From Thermovirgaceae bacterium (GTDB lineage Bacteria > Synergistota > Synergistia > Synergistales > Thermovirgaceae), in NCBI GenBank assembly GCA_040767805.1, contig JAXGNU010000004.1, forward strand, positions 96,001-160,000: a stretch of 64,000 nucleotides of DNA, written 5' to 3'. Shown here piece after piece: positions 10,024-19,595 of this stretch. A program made the position numbers and the translations under genes. The notes below the pieces were generated by a model. The model was not told where the DNA came from. It made no database searches and saw only the letters and a program-made list of their open reading frames with translations. Position 1 is the stretch's first letter, and each line of letters starts with the position of its first letter.

Positions 10024-10052
10024 CCGGCGCCGTCCCAGGGGACGGCACCGGC
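10024..10052. terminator. Probable bidirectional terminator between convergent genes
   Basis: CCGGcGCCGTCCC-ag-GGGACGGCaCCGG hairpin, preceded by an A-run and followed by ttgttctatt. Confidence 0.6.
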
Positions 10053-10112
10053 CTTGTTCTATTCACTCCGACTTTCGCCGGCGGGCGTATAACCGGCGGC
10101 AGGCTCATCCCC

Positions 10113-11282
10113 TTACCGGCCGAAGAGGGGGATGCCGACGGACGGGTCGAGCCGGTTGCCCTGGACCACGGTGCCCTCGGCACCGGAAACCCACACGGCG
10201 TACTTCTCGTCGCTCACCCTGTTCCCCACGACCAGGGTATCCTGCACCTTGACGACGGCCCCGACGACGATGATGCCGGCGGGGTCCGCCAGCCCGACTT
10301 CCTGGTCCGCGCCGTTGCCGCGGACCGTATTACCGCTGACGATGGTGCCCTGCACCCTTTGGCCGGGGGCGTTGCTGTGGATGATCACCCCGGGGAGGAA
10401 ATTATTGGTGATGGTGTTGCCGCTGACTACGTTATCGACAGCCGATGTCCCCGGAGGGTTCGCGGCGACGATGATGCCGGCCGGGTTGCGGCTTACGGTA
10501 TTGCCGGTCACCAGGTTGCCGATGACTCCCTGGCCGGGGTTGAAGGCCGCGACGACGATGGCGCAGGACTCCTCGTTGTCGGTGACCCTGTTGCCGCTGA
10601 TGACGTTGTTCATGGCCGGCTTCGGCGTCCCGGGCACCAGGGCCCCGGGGTTGACGGCGCCGTTGTCGGTAACCGCGATGCCGCCGCCCTTGTTCCGGGT
10701 GACGGTGTTGTCCAGGACGTAGGACGAGGAGACACCGACCAGGAGGATGGCCTTCGTTTCGATCCTGTCGCTGGTAGGCGCCAGGGCGTTATTGTTGACG
10801 TAGTTGCCGCGGATGATGATATTGCTCGTGTCCTCGGCGAATATGCCCTGGTTGTTGGCATGCTGGATGGTCAGGCCCTCGATGACGGTCCCCGCCGCGG
10901 CGTCGCCCTTGATCCGGATGCCCTCGTCAAGGCCCGCCGCGTCGATAACGGTACGGGTCGCGCCGTAGGCCCGCCCGGGGTCCGACATCAACGTCACCTT
11001 GCGGGTGATGCTGAGGCTTTCCTTGTAGGTCCCCGGCAAGACCACGACGACGGCTCCTTCCTTCGCCCTGTCCAGGGCACGACCGATCGTGCTGTAGGGC
11101 GAAAGGGCGGTCCCCTCACCCTGCTCGTCGTCCCCGGTCTTACCGTCCACGACTACGAAGGATCTCAAGGCACCGGTCTCAGCCGCTTCGGCGGAAGCCG
11201 CAACGACGCCGCCCGCCAGGGCCAGCCAGGCCGATAGCACGATCACCGCCAGAACCCCTATACCACGGTAATGGCGTTTCAT
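10113..11282 (-). CDS. Secreted right-handed parallel beta-helix repeat protein
   Basis: Signal peptide; GT..SPY.TI..A...V.PGTY.E (DUF1565-like); many xxGNxVxxN repeats; AAGGAGG RBS. Confidence 0.85.
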   Translation of the reverse strand: MKRHYRGIGVLAVIVLSAWLALAGGVVAASAEAAETGALRSFVVVDGKTGDDEQGEGTALSPYSTIGRALDRAKEGAVVVVLPGTYKESLSITRKVTLMSDPGRAYGATRTVIDAAGLDEGIRIKGDAAAGTVIEGLTIQHANNQGIFAEDTSNIIIRGNYVNNNALAPTSDRIETKAILLVGVSSSYVLDNTVTRNKGGGIAVTDNGAVNPGALVPGTPKPAMNNVISGNRVTDNEESCAIVVAAFNPGQGVIGNLVTGNTVSRNPAGIIVAANPPGTSAVDNVVSGNTITNNFLPGVIIHSNAPGQRVQGTIVSGNTVRGNGADQEVGLADPAGIIVVGAVVKVQDTLVVGNRVSDEKYAVWVSGAEGTVVQGNRLDPSVGIPLFGR

Positions 11283-11387
11283 TACCAGAACACCTCCTTC
11301 TTGCACTCACCTCTCGTCGAAATGCGCCCCCCGTCAGTGCGGGAGCGCGCCCTATGTTTTGAAGTAAGAAATTTGTTAGGTTGGCCT

Positions 11388-11416
11388 ATCTTATGACCCC
11401 CGTTGGGCTTTGTCAA
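11388..11416 (-). promoter_or_regulatory. Sigma70-type promoter for the beta-helix gene
   Basis: Minus strand TTGACA-17 bp-TAAGAT. Confidence 0.55.
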
Positions 11417-11478
11417 GGGGATGAGTCTTTTTGATATCATTTCATTTGGATATCAAGAACCCAATCCCTGGGCCATTT

Positions 11479-11802
11479 CCCCGTTGACCGTTTACGTGTT
11501 CGGTCTTCCGATTTACGATTCCCGGCTTTCGTCCTTCGCTTCACGCTTTTGATCCTACGTCTCACATCTCACGCTCTTAAGATTTGGCCTTGCTCCTTCG
11601 ATTCACGATTTACGGCCCTTGCCCTTCCGTTTTTCCTCCTTTGTACACAATTGCTCAAATTCAAGGTCTGACCCCAATGGTTCGGCTCGCTTTTGGCCTT
11701 CCGATTCACGATTCCCGATTCACGATTCACGATTTACGATTCACGATTTACGGATTTTGCCCTTTTTGTACACAAATGCTCAAATTCAAGGTCTGACCCC
11801 AA
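11479..11802. repeat. Intergenic repeat cluster: CGATTYA heptamer arrays plus two 38-bp direct repeats
   Basis: Seven tandem heptamers at 11702-11750 and shorter runs at 11509 and 11599. TTTGTACACAAWTGCTCAAATTCAAGGTCTGACCCCAA occurs at 11640-11677 and 11765-11802. Confidence 0.9.
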
Positions 11803-11846
11803 GGGCTGTGCTATGATAACGAGTATCTTTTTGGGAGGTGTCGGCC

Positions 11847-13517
11847 ATGATCCCAAGGAGGTTTTTATCGCTCATCCTTTTCCTGGGCCTCATCCTGCAG
11901 GGCGCGGCCGCCCGCGCGGACTTCGACGTCTCCACCGTCAAGGGCCCCCATATCAAGGACCTCTACATGGTGATCTACCGGGACCCCGACTCCCAGATGC
12001 TGGCCCTCCAGAAGGGCGAGCTGGACGTCCTCGGCGACATCGCCCGCCCTTCCGACGTGGACCGCCTCGCCTCCAACCAGGAGGTCTCCCTCTCCATTTC
12101 CCGGGGGTTCCACCTGTTCTTCATGGGCTTCAACTTGAGGAAGGAACCGTGGAACGACCGGGCCCTCCGGCAGGCGGCGGCCATGGCCGTTCCGTCAAGG
12201 CAGATCGTGAGGGACATCTTTTCGGGGTACAGCGAGCCCGTCGACACCTACCTCCCGCCGGTCTCCCCCTACTATGAGCCCGACGTGACGGTCCACGAGC
12301 ACGATCCCGCCAAGGCCAGGCAAACCCTCGCCGAGGCGGGGTGGAAATGGTCGACCGAGGGCACCCTCATCCCTCCTGACGGCGACCGCCCCCTGAAGGC
12401 GGTTAAGCTGCTCTCGCCCACAGCGCAGGTGGCCCCCACCACGGCGGAGATCTCGAACAGGATCGCCGAAGCCCTCAAGTCGATCGGCATCCCCCTGTCG
12501 GTGGAGCCCCTGGACTTCTCCAGCATGATAAGCAGGCTCGATCGCCACGATTTCGACCTCTTCGTCATGGCCTGGAGCCTGTCGAGGGACCCCGACAGCC
12601 TTTTCGCCTTCTTCCACTCATCGATGGACGTGCCGGGGGGTTACAACATCCAGGGGCTCCATGACCCCGAACTGGACAAGGTCCTCGAGGAGCTCCGCTG
12701 GGCCCCCGACGAAGAGGCCGCCGGCGAGGCCGCCCGAAAGGCCCAGCGCATGCTATCGGATATATCGCCCTGGATACCGATCTACTCCCGCTACATGGTG
12801 GCCGCCGTCAGGAACGAGTGGGAGGGCGTGGTGAGCACCCGGTCGACCTCGGCGGACAACCTCTGGACCCTCCTGAACATGAGGCCCCTCCAGGGGGGGG
12901 AGAGGCCCGTCCTGTGGTGCCTCTCGGAGGAACCGAGGTCGCTCAACCCGCTGGGCACGAGTTCCGCCTACGACTGGCAGGTGCTGGCCCTCGTCTACGA
13001 GGGCCTGATCGCCGTGGACCCGGAGACCCTGGGGGACATCCCCTGGCTGGCCACGGACTGGAAGGTCGAGACCGTGGACGGCGGGGGCGGACCCCACACG
13101 AGGCTGACCTTCGCCCTCAGGGAGGGCGTCCGCTGGCAGGACGGGCTACCCTTCACCTCCAGGGACGTGAGGAAGACCCTGGAGTTCCTCAAGGAACACG
13201 AAATACCCCGTTACTACGATAACGTCAGGGATATCGAGAGGATCGACACCCCCGACGACCACACCGTGATCGTCACGATGGGGAACGTGTCCTACTGGCA
13301 CCTACACAATATCGGCGGCTCGCCGGTCTTCCCGGCCCACCTCCTCGAAAGCATCAAGGACTGGGAGACCTGGCAGCCCGCGAGGGAGACCCACCCCTCG
13401 GAGAAGGGGCTTACCAACCTGGTCGGTACGGGTCCCTTCGTTTTCATGGAGTACCGACCCGGCGAATTCGTCCACCTCGTCAGGAACGAGGACTTCTGGC
13501 TCCTCGGGGGTGATTAG
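11847..13517 (+). CDS. ABC transporter substrate-binding protein, family 5 (peptide/nickel)
   Basis: Signal peptide; GFNLRKEPWND..LRQA, FALREGVRWQDG.PFTS.DV and GTGPF; first gene of the ABC operon. Confidence 0.92.
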   Translation: MIPRRFLSLILFLGLILQGAAARADFDVSTVKGPHIKDLYMVIYRDPDSQMLALQKGELDVLGDIARPSDVDRLASNQEVSLSISRGFHLFFMGFNLRKEPWNDRALRQAAAMAVPSRQIVRDIFSGYSEPVDTYLPPVSPYYEPDVTVHEHDPAKARQTLAEAGWKWSTEGTLIPPDGDRPLKAVKLLSPTAQVAPTTAEISNRIAEALKSIGIPLSVEPLDFSSMISRLDRHDFDLFVMAWSLSRDPDSLFAFFHSSMDVPGGYNIQGLHDPELDKVLEELRWAPDEEAAGEAARKAQRMLSDISPWIPIYSRYMVAAVRNEWEGVVSTRSTSADNLWTLLNMRPLQGGERPVLWCLSEEPRSLNPLGTSSAYDWQVLALVYEGLIAVDPETLGDIPWLATDWKVETVDGGGGPHTRLTFALREGVRWQDGLPFTSRDVRKTLEFLKEHEIPRYYDNVRDIERIDTPDDHTVIVTMGNVSYWHLHNIGGSPVFPAHLLESIKDWETWQPARETHPSEKGLTNLVGTGPFVFMEYRPGEFVHLVRNEDFWLLGGD

Positions 13518-13520
13518 CCC

Positions 13521-14498
13521 TTGAGGTCCTACTGGACGAAGAGGGTCCTGGGCGCGGCGGCCGTCCTCCTCCTGGTCATTGCCGCCAACTTCTTCCTCTT
13601 CAGGATCATGCCCGGCGACGTCGTGTCGACCATCGTCGACCCCCGCTTCTCCCCCGAGGCCAAGGAGCGGATGAGGGAGGTCTTCGGGCTGGACCTCCCC
13701 CTGGGCCGGCAGTTCGTGATCTACGTCCGGAGGATGCTCACCTTCGATTTCGGCATCTCCTTCCTCTCCCAGCGGCCCGTCTGGGACGAACTTAAAAGCA
13801 GGGTCCCCAACACGGTCGCCCTCCTCGGTTCGGCCCTGGTCCTGTCGTCGGCCCTCGGCACCTGGCTCGGCGTCAAGGCGGCGAGAAAGAGGGGCGGCTT
13901 CACGGAAAAGGTCGTGCTCCTGTCGGGGTCGGTGTCCTTTTCCTTCCCTTCCTTTTTCGTCCAGCTGGTCCTCCTCCTGCTCTTCGCCTACACCTTCCCC
14001 CTGTTCCCCCTGAGGGGGAGCGTCTCCATACCCCTCCCGGAGGCGGGGGCGGCGAGGGTCCTGGATTACCTCTGGCACCTGCTGCTGCCGGCGGGGTCGC
14101 TGGTGCTCCTCGGCTTCGGCTCCTGGGCCATCTACGTGAGGAACCTGATGGTGAAGACCCTGGGGGAGGACTTCATCCTCATGGCCAGGGCCAAGGGTCT
14201 CCCCGACGGGAGAGTCCTCTGGAACCACGCTTTCCGGTCCGCCCTTCCCCCGGTGCTCACCCTGTTCCTCCTGGCCCTCCCCGGCATCGTCTCCGGGGCC
14301 GTCCTGACCGAGACGGTCTTCTCCCTCCACGGGGTCGGGAAGTACCTCCTCGATTCCATCATGGGCCACGACTACCCGGCGGCGGGAGCCGCCTTTTACA
14401 TCCTGGGGCTGCTGACGATCGCCTCCAACCTGGCCGCCGACGCCGCCTACGCCCTGGCGGACCCGCGGATAAGGGTCGGGGGGAGGGTCCAAAGTTGA
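13521..14498 (+). CDS. ABC transporter permease (OppB/DppB-like)
   Basis: PGD, FGLDLPL..QF, ARAKGL (EAA loop) and TETVFS..GVG. Confidence 0.93.
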   Translation: MRSYWTKRVLGAAAVLLLVIAANFFLFRIMPGDVVSTIVDPRFSPEAKERMREVFGLDLPLGRQFVIYVRRMLTFDFGISFLSQRPVWDELKSRVPNTVALLGSALVLSSALGTWLGVKAARKRGGFTEKVVLLSGSVSFSFPSFFVQLVLLLLFAYTFPLFPLRGSVSIPLPEAGAARVLDYLWHLLLPAGSLVLLGFGSWAIYVRNLMVKTLGEDFILMARAKGLPDGRVLWNHAFRSALPPVLTLFLLALPGIVSGAVLTETVFSLHGVGKYLLDSIMGHDYPAAGAAFYILGLLTIASNLAADAAYALADPRIRVGGRVQS

Positions 14499-15688
14499 GG
14501 AAGCCCCCCCGGTGGAGTTTCATGGCCTTCCTGCTGATCCTGGCCGTCGCCGCCGCCGGCCCCCCAATGCTCCCCGGTGACCCGGGGAGGGCCGTGGCCA
14601 AACCCTTCGCCCCGCCCGCCTGGTCAGGGGGGGACGCGCCGCCCCCCTTTTCCGGCGCCATAACCCCCGTTTCAAGGGAGATAACCATCGATTGGAAGTG
14701 GGACGCCCCCGAAAACCTGACGCTCAAGGGGCAACTGGTCTTCGATGAGGACTCCCCGGCGCGGCTGGTCTGGACCACGGCGGAGGGGGACTCCTTCACC
14801 CTGGCCACTTTCAGAGGGGGCCGCTTTTGGGAGGTCGACCTCGACGCCAGGGATATGGCTTTCAAGACGGGCCTCGGCATACCGCCTTTCGCAAGCGCCA
14901 CGTCCCTGCTCTTCCCCGGCAGGGGCGTGCAAACCCTCTCGCTGGAGGGACCCGCCCCGTCGGGCGGCTCCCTTGGCCTGGCCCTGCCCGGCGGCAGGTG
15001 GGGCCTGCTCGGGACGGACCAGAGGGGGAGGGACGTCCTCTCCCTCTTCATCGTGGGGGCCAGGGTCTCCCTCCTGGTGGGGATCTCGGCCACCCTGCTG
15101 GCCTCGCTGCTGGGGCTTTCCATCGGGTTGACGAGCGGTTACCTCGGGGGCGCCGCCGACGCCCTGATCATGAGGGCGGTGGACGTCCTCCTGTCCATCC
15201 CGGTCCTCCCGATCCTGATGGTCTTCGTGGGGATATGGGGGAAGGGGCTCTGGCAACTGGTGGTGATCCTGGGCCTCTTCTCGTGGATGGGTACGGCCAG
15301 GACCGTCCGCTCCCTGGCGCTCTCCCTGAGGGAGTCCTGCTACGTCGAGAACCTCCGCTCCCTGGGGGCCGGTTCCTGGTACATCCTTTACCGGCACCTC
15401 CTGCCCGAGGCGATGCCGGTGGTGCTCGCCGCCGTATCCCTCGGCGTACCGGGCGCCATCCTCGCCGAGGCGGGGCTCTCCTTCCTGGGACTTTCCGACC
15501 CCAGGGTGATCTCCTGGGGGAGGATGCTCCACGAGGCCCACGGTTTCGGGGCCTTCACGGCCGGTGCCTGGTGGCTCATCATCCCGCCGGGGCTGGGCAT
15601 CTCGCTGATCTGCCTCGTTTTCCTCGACATGGGACGGGCCATCGAGGAGATGGCCGACCCGAGGCTGAAGGGTGGCGGGGGGCGATGA
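14495..15688 (+). CDS. ABC transporter permease (OppC/DppC-like) with enlarged periplasmic loop
   Basis: LGTDQRGRDV, GARVSL, RHLLP, EAGLSFLGL and SWG.ML. Confidence 0.92.
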   Translation: MRKPPRWSFMAFLLILAVAAAGPPMLPGDPGRAVAKPFAPPAWSGGDAPPPFSGAITPVSREITIDWKWDAPENLTLKGQLVFDEDSPARLVWTTAEGDSFTLATFRGGRFWEVDLDARDMAFKTGLGIPPFASATSLLFPGRGVQTLSLEGPAPSGGSLGLALPGGRWGLLGTDQRGRDVLSLFIVGARVSLLVGISATLLASLLGLSIGLTSGYLGGAADALIMRAVDVLLSIPVLPILMVFVGIWGKGLWQLVVILGLFSWMGTARTVRSLALSLRESCYVENLRSLGAGSWYILYRHLLPEAMPVVLAAVSLGVPGAILAEAGLSFLGLSDPRVISWGRMLHEAHGFGAFTAGAWWLIIPPGLGISLICLVFLDMGRAIEEMADPRLKGGGGR

Positions 15689-16467
15689 TCGCGATCCGGG
15701 ACCTCTCGGTGACCTACAGGACCGCCGCCAGGAGCGTCCCCGCCGTCAGGGGCGTCTCCCTGGACGTGCCCCGGGGGAGGGTGACCGCCGTCGTCGGGGA
15801 ATCGGGGGGCGGCAAGAGCAGCCTGGTCTACGGTATCCTCCGCCTCCTCCCGCCGGGGACGGAACTGTCGGGGAGCATCGACTTCGACGGCATGGAGCTG
15901 ACCCGGGCGAGCGAGGAGAGGATGCGGGAGTTCCGCTGGAAGAAGGCGGCCCTGGTGACCCAGGGGGCCATGAACTCCCTGACGCCGGTGCTGACCGTGG
16001 GCTACCAGGTCGCCGAGGTGCTCCGGGTCAGGCTGGGCATGGCCGGCGACGAGGCCCGGGAGAGGGCCGTGGAACTGCTGGCCATGACAAACCTGCCAGC
16101 GGGCTACGCGAGGAAGTACCCCCACGAACTCTCCGGCGGCGAGAAGCAGCGGGCGGTCATATCCATGGCCGTCGCCTGCTCCCCGGAGTTCCTGGTCGCC
16201 GACGAGCCGACGAGCGCCCTGGACGTGATCACCCAGGCCGAGGTCATCGCCACCCTCGTCAGGATGGTCAGGGAGAAGGGGATGGGCCTCCTTCTCGTGA
16301 CCCATGACCTCCCCCTGGCGTTTTCCGTCAGCGACGAAATGGCGGTGATGCACGAGGGCCGCCTGGTCGAAAGGGGCACCCCCGCGCGGATCGCGACCTA
16401 CCCCTCCCACGACCACACGAGGACGCTGCTTTCGGCCTTCGGCCTCACGGCGAGGACAGGGCCATGA
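15685..16467 (+). CDS. ABC transporter ATP-binding protein (OppD-like)
   Basis: GESGGGKS, YPHELSGGEKQR and ADEPTSALD; ATG 15685 overlaps the previous stop. Confidence 0.93.
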   Translation: MIAIRDLSVTYRTAARSVPAVRGVSLDVPRGRVTAVVGESGGGKSSLVYGILRLLPPGTELSGSIDFDGMELTRASEERMREFRWKKAALVTQGAMNSLTPVLTVGYQVAEVLRVRLGMAGDEARERAVELLAMTNLPAGYARKYPHELSGGEKQRAVISMAVACSPEFLVADEPTSALDVITQAEVIATLVRMVREKGMGLLLVTHDLPLAFSVSDEMAVMHEGRLVERGTPARIATYPSHDHTRTLLSAFGLTARTGP

Positions 16468-17402
16468 GCGGCCTCCTCCTCTCCACGAAGGGCTTGTCGG
16501 TCTCGTTCCATTCCCCCCGGGGCAGCGTGGAAGCCCTGAAGGGGGCGGACATCGATGTCGCGCCCGGCGAGAGCCTGGCCGTCGTCGGTGAATCGGGGAG
16601 TGGGAAGACCACGCTGCTCCGGGCGAGCCTGGGGCTGGTCACGGCTTCGGCGGGCTCCGTCGCCCTCCTGGGCCGCGACCTGGCGCGATGCGAAAGCAAG
16701 GAACTGGTCTCATTGAGGAGGAGATGCGGCTTCATACCCCAGGACCCCTTCGGGTGCGTCCCTCCCACGCTGAACGCCCTGGACGCCGCCTCCGAACCGA
16801 TCCGGATCGCCGGCAGGGGGAGCCGCGGGGAAGCCCTGGAAAAGGCCGGGGGCCTCCTGTCCGAGTTGGGCCTGGGCGACCCGGCCCTCTGGAAGGAGCG
16901 GGTGAGGCTTTCCCTCTCGGGGGGGCAGAGGCAGAGGGTCAGCATCGCCAGGGCCCTCAGCCTGGACCCCGAGTTCCTCCTGGCCGACGAACCGGCGAGC
17001 ATGCAGGACGCCGCCAACAGGGCCGAGGTGATGGCCATCCTACGCCGCAGGACGCAAAAGGGCATGGGACTGTTGATGGCCACCCACGACCTCCCCCTGG
17101 CGGCGGCCTTCGCCGACAGGGTGGCCGTCATGTACAAAGGGGCCGTCGTCGAGGCGGGGCCCTCGGAGAGCGTCGTGGGGGACCCCCTTCACCCCTACAG
17201 CAGGGCCCTCATCGCGGCCATACCGGGGATAGGGAAGGAGATCAGACCCCCCGAAAGGGTCGAGGAATGGCCCTTCGGGGGGTGCCCTTACGCTCCACGG
17301 TGCCCCGCCAGGACGGGGCGCTGCAAGGAGGCGCCGCCCCTTTTGCCGGTGGCGCCGGATCGGGACGTCGCCTGCTGGAACGCCCGTGAAGGGGGCCGCT
17401 GA
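16464..17402 (+). CDS. ABC transporter ATP-binding protein (OppF-like, oligo_HPY C-terminus)
   Basis: GESGSGKT, LSGGQRQR, HPYS and GCPYAPRCP...C...VAC. Confidence 0.93.
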   Translation: MSGLLLSTKGLSVSFHSPRGSVEALKGADIDVAPGESLAVVGESGSGKTTLLRASLGLVTASAGSVALLGRDLARCESKELVSLRRRCGFIPQDPFGCVPPTLNALDAASEPIRIAGRGSRGEALEKAGGLLSELGLGDPALWKERVRLSLSGGQRQRVSIARALSLDPEFLLADEPASMQDAANRAEVMAILRRRTQKGMGLLMATHDLPLAAAFADRVAVMYKGAVVEAGPSESVVGDPLHPYSRALIAAIPGIGKEIRPPERVEEWPFGGCPYAPRCPARTGRCKEAPPLLPVAPDRDVACWNAREGGR

Positions 17403-17411
17403 AGTGAAGGG

Positions 17412-19595
17412 TTACGGGAGGCCGTTGCCGACCTCCAGGGTCCTGTGGAGCTGGACGAAGACCCCCGCCAGGCGGGGGTCGAACTGTTTGCCGGCCTGGA
17501 AGGCTATCTCCTCGAGGGCTTCCTCGCTGGAAAGGCTGGGCCGGTAGGAACGCCAGCCGGTCATCGCCTCGTAGGCGCAGAGCAGGTGGATGACCCGGGA
17601 AAGGCGGGGAATGTCCTCGCCGGAGAGCCCCCTGGGGTAACCGCTGCCGTCGTACTTCTCCTGGTGGCAGAGGATCTCCTCGGCGACGGAGGCCAGGGGG
17701 GCGAGGTTCCTGGCGAGGCGGTAGCCCCTTTCGGGGTGCCTCCGCACATCCTCCCACTCCCCGGGGTCAAGGGGTCCCTTCTTGTAAAGGACCTCGGCGG
17801 GGATGGGCAACAAGCCCACATCGTGGAACCGGGCCAGCAGGACCAGTTTTTCCATTTCGTCCTGCCTGAGGGCGAGGTGCTTCCCGAAAAGGTGCGCCAG
17901 CCCCCTAACCCTTGAAATATGGGTCTTCATCCTGGGGTCCGAATCCAGGAACTCCACGATCCTCGAGTAGATGGCCGACCGCGACCTTTCGCCCCTCGTC
18001 AGCTTGTCCAGGTACATGTCGTCGTCGGCTTTTTTCCTCACCTGCATGATATCCTCGGTGATTTCTTCCTTGGCGGCCGCCCCCAGCGCCATGCTCGGCA
18101 GGATCATCCCTCCCTGGCTGCGTTCGCAGGCCCGCCTTACGCGGTCGCAGACGGACCTGGCCTCGAGGAGGGTCGTCTGGGGCAGGAGAATGATGAATTC
18201 ATCGCCGCCGGTACGGGCGATGATATCCTCCTGCCTGCAGCAGGACCTGAGGATCGCCGCCGCCTCGGCGAGGAGCCTGTCGCCCTCGAGGTGGCCGAAG
18301 GCGTCGTTGATGAGCTTAAGGTTGTCCACGTCGGCCACGACCAGGCTCATGGGGAGCTGCCTCGGCGAGTCCAGCCGCCGGAGTTCTTCCTCGAAGAAGG
18401 ACTGGTTGTACAGGCCCGTCAGGGCGTCATGACAGCCGAAGTACCGGATCTTTTCGTCGAGCATCTTCCTCTCGGTTATATCCTGGTATATGGCGTAGAT
18501 CAGGGACGTCCCGTCCTCCACGGGGAAGCAGACGGCGTTGATCTGCACCTCCACCCAGCTCCCGTCCTTCCGGCGCCTGGTTCTTTCGGCCTTGATGGTG
18601 GAACCGGCCGCCGCTCCCCTGGTCAGGCCTACGGCATCTCCCCGGAGCTCACCGGGGGCTATGAGCGCGTCCAGGTCAGCGCCGACGCACTCAAAACTGT
18701 AGTACCCGAAGAGCCTCTCGAAGGAATCGTTGACCCGCTGGATGATGCCGTCGCCCCCGACGAGGGCTATGGCCAGGGGGCTGTTCATGAAGAGGTTCTC
18801 GAAGTAAGTCCTTTCCGTGGCGAGTTGATGCTGTGTCATCACCCTCGACGTGATATCGCGGTAGACGGCAAGGTATTCCTCGGAAGGGCCGGAGCCCGTT
18901 ATGGCCACGGCCCGTATGGAGAGGTGTACCTCGCTGCCGTCCTTGCGGTACCGGACGGCGTCAAAATCCAGTCTTTTTTCGTCCTTCAATTGCCGGATAC
19001 GACCCCGGACCTCTTCCTCCCTTCCCCCGCCCCCGAGGAGCTCCCAAAGGTGACGGCCGAGGACCTCTTCCCGCCCCAGGCCGAAGAGCCGGTCGAAGGC
19101 CGGGTTGGAGCGAAGGACTTTCCCCTCCTCATCGAAGAGGGCTATGCCGTCGGGCGAATCTTCCACTATCCTTTCCAGCAGGGACCTTTCGCGGGCCAGT
19201 TCCCTCTCGGCGGCCTTCTGTTCGCTGATATCCTCGTAGATCGCGTAGACCGCCAGCACCCGGTCACCTTGAATGATGGGGACGCCCCAGATCAGGGCGG
19301 GGAACCTTGAACCGTCCTTTCTCACCCTGACCCTCGCGGCGAGGTTGCTCCTGCCCTTGAGGACCAGCTCCGTCAGGTCCCCCGCGTCGGCGTAAAGATC
19401 CTCATCACGGGCGACGAGGTCGTCTAGCTGGTTTCCCACGACCTCGTCGGGGTCGTAGCCGAACATCTCGCAGAAGGCCCTGTTGGCACGGGCTACCTTC
19501 CCATCGGGCGTCTGGATGGCGATCCCGAGCGGGGTCTGGTCGATCAGGGTTTCGTAGAAAGCATCGATGTTGATAGCGCTGTTAACGCCCTCCAC
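17412..19595 (-). CDS. Triple-PAS GGDEF / HD-GYP c-di-GMP signalling protein
   Basis: Three PAS/PAC repeats; RTGGDEF; FHDVG and HQEKYDGSGYP. GTG 19595 is preceded by GGAAAGG. Confidence 0.92.
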   Translation of the reverse strand: MEGVNSAINIDAFYETLIDQTPLGIAIQTPDGKVARANRAFCEMFGYDPDEVVGNQLDDLVARDEDLYADAGDLTELVLKGRSNLAARVRVRKDGSRFPALIWGVPIIQGDRVLAVYAIYEDISEQKAAERELARERSLLERIVEDSPDGIALFDEEGKVLRSNPAFDRLFGLGREEVLGRHLWELLGGGGREEEVRGRIRQLKDEKRLDFDAVRYRKDGSEVHLSIRAVAITGSGPSEEYLAVYRDITSRVMTQHQLATERTYFENLFMNSPLAIALVGGDGIIQRVNDSFERLFGYYSFECVGADLDALIAPGELRGDAVGLTRGAAAGSTIKAERTRRRKDGSWVEVQINAVCFPVEDGTSLIYAIYQDITERKMLDEKIRYFGCHDALTGLYNQSFFEEELRRLDSPRQLPMSLVVADVDNLKLINDAFGHLEGDRLLAEAAAILRSCCRQEDIIARTGGDEFIILLPQTTLLEARSVCDRVRRACERSQGGMILPSMALGAAAKEEITEDIMQVRKKADDDMYLDKLTRGERSRSAIYSRIVEFLDSDPRMKTHISRVRGLAHLFGKHLALRQDEMEKLVLLARFHDVGLLPIPAEVLYKKGPLDPGEWEDVRRHPERGYRLARNLAPLASVAEEILCHQEKYDGSGYPRGLSGEDIPRLSRVIHLLCAYEAMTGWRSYRPSLSSEEALEEIAFQAGKQFDPRLAGVFVQLHRTLEVGNGLP

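Noticed and set aside
9618..11237. 539-aa plus-strand ORF and similar long overlapping ORFs (13302-14492, 17919-19310, 39816-41087, 62189-63748)
   Set aside because: Off-frame or antisense to well-supported genes.
11640..11802. CRISPR array
   Set aside because: Only two repeats, an 87-bp low-complexity spacer, and no cas genes in the window.
11584..11816. Short ORFs with FTIHDSR-type repeats (also near 22736-23169)
   Set aside because: Translations of the heptamer DNA repeats in several frames; no RBS or coding bias.
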